Below the pieces are notes generated by a model that saw only the letters and a program-made list of their open reading frames with translations, was not told the origin of the DNA and did not search any database. This document shows, one piece after another, positions 42,279 through 50,837 of a stretch of DNA of 64,000 bases (position 1 is the first letter of the stretch; each line of letters begins with the position of its first letter). The position numbers and the translations under genes are program-made. The DNA is from an uncultured Alphaproteobacteria bacterium (GTDB lineage: Bacteria > Pseudomonadota > Alphaproteobacteria > UBA3830 > CAYLKK01): assembly GCA_964566185.1 (NCBI GenBank), contig CAZMHS010000002.1, positions 39,228 through 103,227 of the forward strand. Direction: 5' to 3'.

Positions 42279-43019
42279 ATGATGAGAGTAATAATGTTAA
42301 CTGTTTTCGTCTGTACAGTTCTGAATGTATTTAGCATGCGTCAAATACATAAATCAGTCGAATTGTGGAACGGAGAAACAGAAGCAGTAATGGCTTGTGT
42401 TCGGCATGAGGATAGAAGATTTATTCTTGATGAAATAAAAGTATGTCGAGCTAGCAATGTTGATCAATTTCCAGTAGATTTAAGACAGTTCTACAAAGGC
42501 GTGTATGAATCTGAACTTTGTTCTGACACTTATTTGTATGTAGATTTGTTGTTTCATAGTTTGTTTTATAAATATTCAACATCTGATAAAAATTTTGAAA
42601 CACGAGTGGCAAAATGCATGTCGATTCCATACGTTCGAGAATCGCAAACAGGCCTTGCGGTTGAGACGTTGATCAAGCGGTTGGAAAACATACGTATATT
42701 AGAAATTTTCGGAAAATCAATATATACAAAAAAGACGTCAGTATTACAAATTTTTACTCAAGAAGCATTAGATGCAGTTCGACTTATGAATAACGAGTGG
42801 AGCGATCATCACGACGATCCTGAGTACGACCATGGTGCAGCAAAGTATTGGTTTGCTGATTTAGACAGCGATCTTGAAACAGAAATTCAACGAGTAGAAC
42901 CAATATTGCAGAAAATTGCTAGTCAATGGCTTCCAACTGCTAATCGACAACGTGCTCGCAATATCTTGTACGATTGGAGAGAGTATTTCTCTGAAAATTA
43001 TGAGGAATACGCGTATTAA
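42279..43019 (+). CDS. Hypothetical exported protein
   Basis: The signal-like start is MMRVIMLTVFVCTVLNVFS. AGGAG at 42272..42276 lies upstream, 5 nt before the second Met codon at 42282, so the start could be either ATG. I recognise no motif. The ORF track starts at 42237. Confidence 0.5.
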   Translation: MMRVIMLTVFVCTVLNVFSMRQIHKSVELWNGETEAVMACVRHEDRRFILDEIKVCRASNVDQFPVDLRQFYKGVYESELCSDTYLYVDLLFHSLFYKYSTSDKNFETRVAKCMSIPYVRESQTGLAVETLIKRLENIRILEIFGKSIYTKKTSVLQIFTQEALDAVRLMNNEWSDHHDDPEYDHGAAKYWFADLDSDLETEIQRVEPILQKIASQWLPTANRQRARNILYDWREYFSENYEEYAY

Positions 43020-43141
43020 TTGATGTATGTAATATGATGAAAATATTTGCTATAGAAAGAGCTAGATATAGCATACTCTTGCGCGTTGCTTTTCCTTTAA
43101 AATTCTGATACACTCAAAATGATGAGTGTCGTCGAGTTGCT

Positions 43142-44377
43142 GTGTTAACATCTGTTGAAAATAAGCTTCGTTCAATTTTGCGCGTGGCAGATTTTAATCA
43201 TGCGTCTAGGAAGTGTCTATACTTTATACTAGTGATGAATGTCATATCGTCAGCTATGGTAACAATTTTCATTCCTGGTTTTTCATCAGCAGCGTCAGAT
43301 CTACATGCAACACAAAGTTCACTGCAGTTAACAGTCGTGTTACATCTAGTCGGCGAGATCATCGGACGTTTCTTGTGTGGACCATTAAGTGACTATGTCG
43401 GAAAACGCAATGGTTTAATTCCAGCTGTAACGTTATCCATATTTGGACAACTTGGCTGCTTATGCTCAAATTCAATAGAAATGTTGATGTTGATGCGCTT
43501 TGTTCAAGCAATCGGAAGCGGCGTTGTGTATGTCGTGTCAGTAAATTATGTTGCTTGTCACTTCGACGGAATCGCTCGAAATAAAGCATACAGTACACTT
43601 GAAATGTATCAACCAATAGCAAACCTTACAGCTCCGTTATTTGGGAGCATATTGTGCATGATAGGTGGGTGGAGATTTATCTTCTTGTTTTTGCTAATTG
43701 CTCAGTGTCTAATAAGAATTTTCTTATCGCTATATATGCCAGATGATAAACCAATTGCACAAAAATTTTCTATTGGGTTGCTATTTAAAAATTATGCTTC
43801 AATCATTCGAAATAAAAAATTTTTAATATACGCTGTTATTCCAGGTTTTTCTGTTGGAAGCTACATGATTTTTTCGTCACATTCTCCAGAAATATATCAC
43901 TATTTATCAGTCGGTAATGACGGCTGCGCATCATTACATATAGCGTCAATACAGTCACTACCTCTATTATTTAACGTTTTCTCCACCACAATATACAGAA
44001 GAATGTTACAAAGATACGGGCTGAAAATATCACAAAGAGTTGGGGCATTTTTTAATATACTGTTCACCGTTAATTTGCTGCTTATCATTCTAAATAAAAC
44101 GCCATTTTGTTACACAAGCCTAATGTTGGCAATGTGCATACATGGAATAAGCTGCGCGTTCTTAGTTCCGGCATCAGTAACAAACGCAATGGAGTGCATT
44201 CAGGCAAATACTGGAGCTGTTGCAGCATCTGTTGTAGTACTTCGCAATGCGATTATGTCTGCATGCATTAGCATATGTACAATCCATAGCGGCATGAGCG
44301 CATTACTATATGAACTTTTGTTTCCGGCTATTTTTGTTCTAATGTTTTTATTCTTAAAAAGGATTGTATCAAATTAA
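43142..44377 (+). CDS. MFS transporter (Bcr/CflA-like)
   Basis: 411 aa with about 12 hydrophobic segments. The MFS motif-A-like loop is GPLSDYVGKRNG. GTG start. Confidence 0.85.
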   Translation: MLTSVENKLRSILRVADFNHASRKCLYFILVMNVISSAMVTIFIPGFSSAASDLHATQSSLQLTVVLHLVGEIIGRFLCGPLSDYVGKRNGLIPAVTLSIFGQLGCLCSNSIEMLMLMRFVQAIGSGVVYVVSVNYVACHFDGIARNKAYSTLEMYQPIANLTAPLFGSILCMIGGWRFIFLFLLIAQCLIRIFLSLYMPDDKPIAQKFSIGLLFKNYASIIRNKKFLIYAVIPGFSVGSYMIFSSHSPEIYHYLSVGNDGCASLHIASIQSLPLLFNVFSTTIYRRMLQRYGLKISQRVGAFFNILFTVNLLLIILNKTPFCYTSLMLAMCIHGISCAFLVPASVTNAMECIQANTGAVAASVVVLRNAIMSACISICTIHSGMSALLYELLFPAIFVLMFLFLKRIVSN

Positions 44378-44443
44378 TTCATATCATTAACGTAATATTA
44401 ACATATGTTGTATATACTCATATGAAGTGATATGGATTAAGCT

Positions 44444-44596
44444 ATGGATGTTAGAGGAACAACACTTCTTGAATATGTTATGATAGCTTCGTTGGTTGCA
44501 GTTGTAACAATAACAGGAATGCGAGCTGTATCTTCATCTACATCGAACCAATGGAATTATGTTTCTGATACCGTTGTAAGAAGTATAGAGAAATAA
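44444..44596 (+). CDS. Flp/Fap-type (type IVb, Tad-class) prepilin
   Basis: 50-aa ORF below the ORF-track size cutoff: MDVRGTTLLEYVMIASLVAVVTITGMRAVSSSTSNQWNYVSDTVVRSIEK. It has a short leader ending in Gly, then TTLLEY (Glu5-Tyr6 of the mature peptide), then a hydrophobic helix. This is the Flp processing motif G/xxxxEY. Confidence 0.7.
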   Translation: MDVRGTTLLEYVMIASLVAVVTITGMRAVSSSTSNQWNYVSDTVVRSIEK

Positions 44597-44632
44597 TACA
44601 ATTAGTGTGTTGCATTTTTTGGAGGTATTATT

Positions 44633-45145
44633 ATGAGTTTTTCTTTTTCTGGAAAGCATATGAATGTTGGGGCCTCACTAACTCATCACGCAGCAGAAAT
44701 GTGTGAAAGTGTGTGTGAAAAATATAAATTTAACTTCATCGATGTTTCTGCAGTCATGGAAAAAAAATCGTTTTTATACATAACAGAACTTAAGGTGCAG
44801 CTATTTACTGGTGAAGATATTTTGGCTACAGGAGAATCAAAAGACGCGTACCAAAGTTTTGATACAGCGTTACATAAAGTAGTTTTACAAGCGAAAAAAA
44901 AGCGCGATATAGCTAATGAGACAGATAAGACGACAATATGTGAAATCGATGATTATTGTTTTGAGGATTTAGATACATACACGCAAGAAACAATAGAAGC
45001 TGTTCAGCTCACACCAAATGAAGCATCGAAATTGCTAAAATGTGAGAACAGTTCAATGGTTGTTTTTAGGAATAAAATCTCTAACTGTATAAACATAATG
45101 TTTAAAAAGTCAGACGGAACTCTAAACCTAGTTTGCTACAAGTAA
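44633..45145 (+). CDS. hpf: Ribosome hibernation promoting factor (long form)
   Basis: 170 aa. RaiA/HPF N-terminal domain (FSGKHMNVGASLTHHAAEM...) plus a C-terminal dimerisation-type extension (LTPNEASKLL...VVFRNK...DGTLNLVCYK). Confidence 0.85.
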   Translation: MSFSFSGKHMNVGASLTHHAAEMCESVCEKYKFNFIDVSAVMEKKSFLYITELKVQLFTGEDILATGESKDAYQSFDTALHKVVLQAKKKRDIANETDKTTICEIDDYCFEDLDTYTQETIEAVQLTPNEASKLLKCENSSMVVFRNKISNCINIMFKKSDGTLNLVCYK

Positions 45146-45161
45146 GTCTTGACCTATCGCT

Positions 45162-45196
45162 AACAATGAAAAAGCGAAAAATGCTTTTTCATTGTT
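45162..45196. terminator. Bidirectional terminator hairpin between convergent hpf and thrS
   Basis: Perfect 14-bp inverted repeat AACAATGAAAAAGC (45162..45175) / GCTTTTTCATTGTT (45183..45196) with a 7-nt loop. Confidence 0.6.
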
Positions 45197-45210
45197 TATA
45201 ATTCTACATC

Positions 45211-47058
45211 TTACTTTGAACATTCTTTCTGAATTTGATTTACAAACTCATCTTGCGGCATCGTACGTTGCGAGCCGTCATGCAGCCTTACTGTAACTGT
45301 AAGCTCTGTGGCTTCTTTTTCCCCTATTATCGCAATCATTGGAACCTTTTTCAATGTGTGCTCTCTAATCTTGTACGAAATTTTTTCAGCACGAGTATCT
45401 AGAGCACATCTAATGCCTGAGAGCTTTAACTTTTCAACCAAAGACGCAGCAGCATTATCATACGCATTCGTTATAGTAGCAACTACTACTTGCACAGGAG
45501 TCAGCCATAAAGGAAGCCACCCGGCATAATTTTCCAACAGAATTCCGACAAACCTCTCAAAAGAACCGAGGACTGCTCTATGTAACATTACAGGATGATG
45601 TCTTTCACCATCTTCTCCAACATAAAATGCATTTAATCTATACGGAAGCTGAAAATCAACCTGCAACGTACCACATTGCCAGTCTCTTCCTAACTTATCT
45701 TTTAACACAAACTCTAATTTAGGGCCATAAAACGCTCCTTCGCCCTTATTCACAGTATATGCTAAACCAGCTTCTACAGTTGCCTGTTGCAGCAATTTTT
45801 CAGCTAAATCCCAATCAGTGTCAGAGCCGGCCCTTTTTTCTGGGCGATCTGAAAACTTAACGGAAAAAGTATCAAAACCAAAATCTCTATAAACAGAACT
45901 TAACAAATTACAAAACCTTTTCGTCTCTTCGCTAATTTGATCTAATGTGCAAAATATATGTGCATCATCTTGCACAAATCCACGTACACGCATAGAACCA
46001 TATAGAGAACCTGAAGGCTCATTTCTATGACAGCATCCAAATTCTGCCATCCTTAACGGTAGGTCCCTATAACTTTTTATTCCTTGATTAAATATTTGTA
46101 TTGCTCCAGGACAATTCATCGGTTTAATTGCAACTATTCGTCCTTCTGATTCAGCAATAAACATATTTTCCCTATATTTTTCCCAATGGCCCGATGCTTC
46201 CCATAAAGATCTGTCGAGCATCTGCGGAGTACAGACTTCTATATACCCGTCATCTAGTACTCTTTTTCGCATATAATGCTTTATAATATTATACAATATC
46301 CAACCATTATGATGCCAAAATATACATCCTGGAGCTTCATCCTGCATGTGGAACAGATCCATTTCTTTAGCTATTTTTCTGTGATCACGCTTTTCCGCTT
46401 CCTCAAGCATATGCAGATACGCATCTAACTCGTCTTTTGTTCTCCACGCTGTAGCATATATTCTCTGCAGCATCTTATTTTTTGAATCACCTCGCCAATA
46501 CGCACCAGCAACCTTTAATAGTTTAAAAGCCTTTGGAATAACCCCAGTAGATGGTACGTGGGGCCCCTTACACAACTCGTAGTAATCGCCTTGTTTATAA
46601 AGAGTAACAGTTTCTGCATCGATCGATTCTAGTATTTCCAGCTTATACGTTTCAGACCTTTTGCTAAAAATATTTTTTGCCTCATCTTTTGTAACAGTCA
46701 ATCGTTCAATCTTCAGATTGTCCTTAATCAGTTTTTTCATACGAGCTTCTATCTTATCAAAGTCAGCCTGAGAAAACGAATAGCTGCAATCGAAATCATA
46801 ATAAAAACCATCTTTAATTTCCGGACCTATCGCCACATTACATTCAGGAAACAATTCCTTCACTGCGTGCGCCAATAAGTGAGCCGTAGAATGGCGAATT
46901 ATAGGTAACGCTTCATCGGATGTGATGTCGATAATACTTACACACTCGTTATCATTAAAAACAGTACACAAATCAAATAATTGATCATTTACTTTAGCCA
47001 CTACGGCGTCCCTCTTGTTAACCTTCTTCGCCAACTCAAAACCAGAAATACCACCCAT
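45211..47058 (-). CDS. thrS: Threonine--tRNA ligase
   Basis: 615 aa. Editing-domain motif RHSTAHLLAHA, a class II catalytic core and an anticodon-binding C-terminus. The N-terminal TGS region looks shortened: an in-frame stop lies 17 codons upstream of the ATG. Confidence 0.97.
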   Translation of the reverse strand: MGGISGFELAKKVNKRDAVVAKVNDQLFDLCTVFNDNECVSIIDITSDEALPIIRHSTAHLLAHAVKELFPECNVAIGPEIKDGFYYDFDCSYSFSQADFDKIEARMKKLIKDNLKIERLTVTKDEAKNIFSKRSETYKLEILESIDAETVTLYKQGDYYELCKGPHVPSTGVIPKAFKLLKVAGAYWRGDSKNKMLQRIYATAWRTKDELDAYLHMLEEAEKRDHRKIAKEMDLFHMQDEAPGCIFWHHNGWILYNIIKHYMRKRVLDDGYIEVCTPQMLDRSLWEASGHWEKYRENMFIAESEGRIVAIKPMNCPGAIQIFNQGIKSYRDLPLRMAEFGCCHRNEPSGSLYGSMRVRGFVQDDAHIFCTLDQISEETKRFCNLLSSVYRDFGFDTFSVKFSDRPEKRAGSDTDWDLAEKLLQQATVEAGLAYTVNKGEGAFYGPKLEFVLKDKLGRDWQCGTLQVDFQLPYRLNAFYVGEDGERHHPVMLHRAVLGSFERFVGILLENYAGWLPLWLTPVQVVVATITNAYDNAAASLVEKLKLSGIRCALDTRAEKISYKIREHTLKKVPMIAIIGEKEATELTVTVRLHDGSQRTMPQDEFVNQIQKECSK

Positions 47059-47477
47059 TATACACCTACAAAAATGACACGTTAAGTTTACATATATAAA
47101 CAGGATATTTCAACCATAATGTAACCAAACTTTGTATCTAAAAGAAGTATACAACATATTAACAAAATTATCTAAAAGTAGTTAAAAAGCCCAGTTACAA
47201 CTCTGCCACAAAAAAGTGCAATTAGCCTAAAACGGCTGTTTATTAGCGAACTGCTGCGACTTTCTATAGTTTTTGCACAAAGTTATCAACAGATTCTGTT
47301 AAAAGACCGAAAAAGAGTCTAACTACCAAGATGTTTTTAAAAAATCGACCTACATCTACACCTGCGTAAGTACATCACTTATATGAGCAAATTTTATAAA
47401 ACACACATACTCATAAAAATGAGCTCAACAAAAAAACTCTTGATTACAAACAATTTTTACAATACGATGTACATAGT

Positions 47478-48266
47478 ATGTGTTGTGTTGATTCTCCTGA
47501 TGCGTCGATCAGGTTTTTTCTAGGAAAAAAGTTTCTCTGCTTACACTTCGACAGTGTATGTTCAACGCAGTTGTGGTCAGACGATCACATTGATAATGCG
47601 GCTTTTGCGAATGGGATTGATTATATTCTGGTTACAGCAGATCAACAAACCTCAGGGATTGGAACACACAACAGAAAATGGATGTCAGAAACAGCTGGAA
47701 ATGTATATGCGAGCTTATCGTTTATTAGTAATACGACGCATCCATACAGAATATATTCGCAAATTTCAGCGCTTGCAGTGTGTGAATCCTTAGCAGATGT
47801 TATTCAAAAAGATCATATACAGTTTAAGTGGCCAAATGATGTCATTGTCAGAGGAAAAAAGATATCTGGATCAATCGTTCATGCAAAAAGTATAGCAAAT
47901 AGATCGATATGTACTATTGGTGTTGGCATAAACGTTAATTTATCCAGCCAGCACCTTAGTGCGATTGATCAACCTGCAACGTCAATATATTCCGAAACAG
48001 GAAAACACCAAGATGTGCATGAAATACTTTCTAGATACGTTGAGGCTTACTTAGTTTTAACAAGTAAATTTTACGCTGATAGTACAGCTATATTCCAAAA
48101 TTTTTATAATAAAATGGCATATATAGATGAACAAATATCTGTGTATGATGACTATTCTAATGCTAAATTATCAGGAACTATGGTCGGTGTAAACGATGAT
48201 GGTTTTTTGTTGCTAAAAGATGAGACATCGACAAGAATTATCATGAGTGGAACCATTATAAAGTGA
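47478..48266 (+). CDS. birA: Biotin--protein ligase
   Basis: 262 aa. BPL catalytic domain with KWPNDV. The glycine-rich biotin loop reads GIGTHNRKW instead of the usual GRGRxGRxW. Confidence 0.8.
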   Translation: MCCVDSPDASIRFFLGKKFLCLHFDSVCSTQLWSDDHIDNAAFANGIDYILVTADQQTSGIGTHNRKWMSETAGNVYASLSFISNTTHPYRIYSQISALAVCESLADVIQKDHIQFKWPNDVIVRGKKISGSIVHAKSIANRSICTIGVGINVNLSSQHLSAIDQPATSIYSETGKHQDVHEILSRYVEAYLVLTSKFYADSTAIFQNFYNKMAYIDEQISVYDDYSNAKLSGTMVGVNDDGFLLLKDETSTRIIMSGTIIK

Positions 48267-48329
48267 AACTATTGATATTATCTCTTATGTCTGTCATCAA
48301 AAATCTATTACTGCCTAGAAAACGTCCCG

Positions 48330-49427
48330 TCATTCTTCTTCCTCGCTGTCATCAGAAGACTCGACGTGTTCATCATCTTCTAATTCGCCTTCGCGAACAT
48401 CGTCTGCACTTGAAGAGCTCTCTGACGATTCGTCTTCAGCAGAATCTACCTCTGAATCTTCATCATTAACCACGCTGTCATTGGCATTTTCCGTCATTTT
48501 TGCATCATCATTGTCATGTTGCACATGTTTGCTTTGATCTTCGCTAGCATTATCGACAGAGTTTGCATCACCAGCTGATGCTACATCAGTATTATTTTTT
48601 TTATTCTCACCAACTTCTTCAACAGCTGAAGTACGCGCGTTATCATCGCTGTTTATTTTCTTACGTGTTCTCGTCTTCCGTACATTTTTGTTTTTCTTTG
48701 CCTTATATGTTCTTTTTCTTCTTTCATCCATATTTGGTTGCAAAGCCTCGTTTTCAACATCAAATTCTTCCAAATTAACATTTTCTGTTTGTAGCACCTC
48801 ATGTGACAATAATCTAACATTTTTAAAACCATTATCCTTTAACCAATGAATTAAATTTGTAGATGATTGCCTTTTCTTAAATGGGCCACAAAACAAAAAA
48901 CACTCATTATCGTTCAACTTTGAACTTTGAATATGCATAGGATATCCTTTTGCCATCATTAGTTGAGAAATTTCTTCGCACATATCTTTTTGAAAATAGC
49001 CTAAAAATACAACATACCGCCTCATACGATTCATTGTCACATGTTCTTTGTTGAGTAATTTTACATCGTCTGTTAAACAGGCATCTGTCGTGTCATGAGA
49101 GGCGACTATTTCGTTAAGTAGACTATCTAAATTTATAGCAGATTTATCTTTTTTATTGTTATCAATTACTATATTTTCAGTATTAACATGCTGTTCTATC
49201 GTACTCTCTTTTCTCTTTGAAGACGGAATGAAATCTTGCAATTTATTAATGAATGAATCTTTTACATCTGTTTCATTTTCTATTTTTTTTGTTGCCTTAA
49301 CAGCTTCTTCTGTCACAACAGAAACATTCGTCCCAAAAAACAAACCTGCGCAAAAGAACAGACCTCCAATTACACAAACCGCTAATACTCCAGCTGTAAA
49401 AACGACCTTATTCATGAATCGCTCCAT
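48330..49427 (-). CDS. Membrane-anchored SPOR-like domain protein with basic and poly-acidic C-terminal extension
   Basis: 365 aa with an N-terminal TM helix (VFTAGVLAVCVIGGLFFCAGLFF). The central segment is YVVFLGYFQKDMCEEISQLMMAKGYPMHIQ...CFLFCGPFKKRQSSTNLIHWLKDNGFKNVRLL (SPOR-like beta-alpha-beta-beta repeat). This is followed by RRKRTYKAKKNKNVRKTRTRKK and an Asp/Glu/Ser-rich tail. Confidence 0.6.
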   Translation of the reverse strand: MERFMNKVVFTAGVLAVCVIGGLFFCAGLFFGTNVSVVTEEAVKATKKIENETDVKDSFINKLQDFIPSSKRKESTIEQHVNTENIVIDNNKKDKSAINLDSLLNEIVASHDTTDACLTDDVKLLNKEHVTMNRMRRYVVFLGYFQKDMCEEISQLMMAKGYPMHIQSSKLNDNECFLFCGPFKKRQSSTNLIHWLKDNGFKNVRLLSHEVLQTENVNLEEFDVENEALQPNMDERRKRTYKAKKNKNVRKTRTRKKINSDDNARTSAVEEVGENKKNNTDVASAGDANSVDNASEDQSKHVQHDNDDAKMTENANDSVVNDEDSEVDSAEDESSESSSSADDVREGELEDDEHVESSDDSEEEE

Positions 49428-49504
49428 AACATTACGTAATTATTTTATATGAAAAAGGTTTATAATTTATCAATTTTAGGGCATAATACTGACGTTTTTG
49501 TGGA

Positions 49505-50836
49505 TTGATGATGGCGATTCAAAATTTTTGTTCAATAGTCTTAGCCGCAGGTAATGGTTCTCGGACGAAATCTAGTTTTCCGAAAGTATTTCAGTCAGTA
49601 GCCGGATTGCCGATACTTGGTCATATAATTTTAACATTAAAGCGGAGCTTAATTTCTCAACACATATTAGTTTTATCTGAGAATGCTCCTGTTGAACTAC
49701 TAAAAGATAACTTGGAAAATGTGAATACAGTAACGCAAATCGAAAAAGATGGAACTGGTGGCGCAGTTGGTGTAGCACTGGATTCTATCAGAAATGATAT
49801 AACTCATGCAGTTATTCTATACGGCGATACACCATTGATCAATAGTGAATCCATAAATATAGCACTAAATAAGACTAATGATAGTGACATAATGGTTTTG
49901 GCAATTGAAACAACAGAAAAGAATACTCTTGGAACGTTAGAAATAGATAAGCATGGTTTTGTAAAATCTATAGTAGAAAAGTGCGACGTAAATCGTTGTG
50001 AGTGTAAAAGAAATTTACATAATGTTGGCATTATTGCTAAGACCGATGTCTTAAAACAATTTTTGCCGCAGGTAAAACTAAATAAAGAGAAACGTGAGTT
50101 TTTCCTTACAGATATCGTTCATTTAGCGTACAATGCCGGACGTAAAACTTCATATACAGTATTACCAGCAGATGAGATGCATGGTGTAAATACGATGTCA
50201 GATCTAGCTGCTGTAGAACGTATCTACCAACAAAAGCGTAGGCAACATTTTATGAATTTAGGTGTAAAACTTATCGCGCCAGAAACTGTATTTTTCTCAT
50301 ACGACACTAATATTGAACCAGACGTTGTTATTTTTCCATATGTAGTTTTTGGACAAGGTGTTTCAGTAAAACGTGGAGCGACTATAGAATCGTTTACGCA
50401 CATAAGCGGGGCAGAGATTGAAAACGCGTCCGTTGGCCCATTTGCACGACTAAGAGCAGGCACTAAGCTACATAATGACGTAAAAATTGGAAATTTTGTG
50501 GAAGTAAAGAACAGCGAGGTAGCTGAAAAGTCAAAAGTAAATCATTTAAGTTACATTGGCGATACTATATTAGGGACAAGAACAAACGTTGGAGCTGGTA
50601 CAATCACGTGTAATTATGATGGATACAATAAATACAAGACTATTATAGGCGATGAAGTTTTTGTTGGTTCAAATTCTACCATCATAGCGCCAATAAAAAT
50701 AGGCGACAAAACTGTAATAGCAGCTGGTAGCACTCTAACAAAGGATGTTCCGAGCGAATCTATGGCGATAAGCCGTAGCGAACAAAAAAATATCCTTGAT
50801 GCAGGAAAAAGATATCACATAATGAGAAAGAAATAA
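49505..50836 (+). CDS. glmU: Bifunctional GlcNAc-1-P uridyltransferase / GlcN-1-P acetyltransferase
   Basis: 443 aa. N-terminal LAAGNGSRTKS nucleotidyltransferase loop and C-terminal hexapeptide-repeat beta-helix. Confidence 0.93.
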   Translation: MMMAIQNFCSIVLAAGNGSRTKSSFPKVFQSVAGLPILGHIILTLKRSLISQHILVLSENAPVELLKDNLENVNTVTQIEKDGTGGAVGVALDSIRNDITHAVILYGDTPLINSESINIALNKTNDSDIMVLAIETTEKNTLGTLEIDKHGFVKSIVEKCDVNRCECKRNLHNVGIIAKTDVLKQFLPQVKLNKEKREFFLTDIVHLAYNAGRKTSYTVLPADEMHGVNTMSDLAAVERIYQQKRRQHFMNLGVKLIAPETVFFSYDTNIEPDVVIFPYVVFGQGVSVKRGATIESFTHISGAEIENASVGPFARLRAGTKLHNDVKIGNFVEVKNSEVAEKSKVNHLSYIGDTILGTRTNVGAGTITCNYDGYNKYKTIIGDEVFVGSNSTIIAPIKIGDKTVIAAGSTLTKDVPSESMAISRSEQKNILDAGKRYHIMRKK

Positions 50837-50837
50837 C

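Noticed and set aside
47283-47291. TTATCAACA, a one-mismatch DnaA box, in the 420-nt thrS-birA spacer. I considered it as a possible replication origin.
   Set aside because: It is a single box. I found no cluster of boxes and no adjacent dnaA, dnaN or hemE. This sequence is expected by chance in AT-rich DNA.
48263-48469. 68-aa plus-strand ORF starting at the birA stop
   Set aside because: It is antisense to the poly-acidic tail of the SPOR-like gene. Its Arg/Leu/His-rich translation is simply the complement of GAx/TCx codons.
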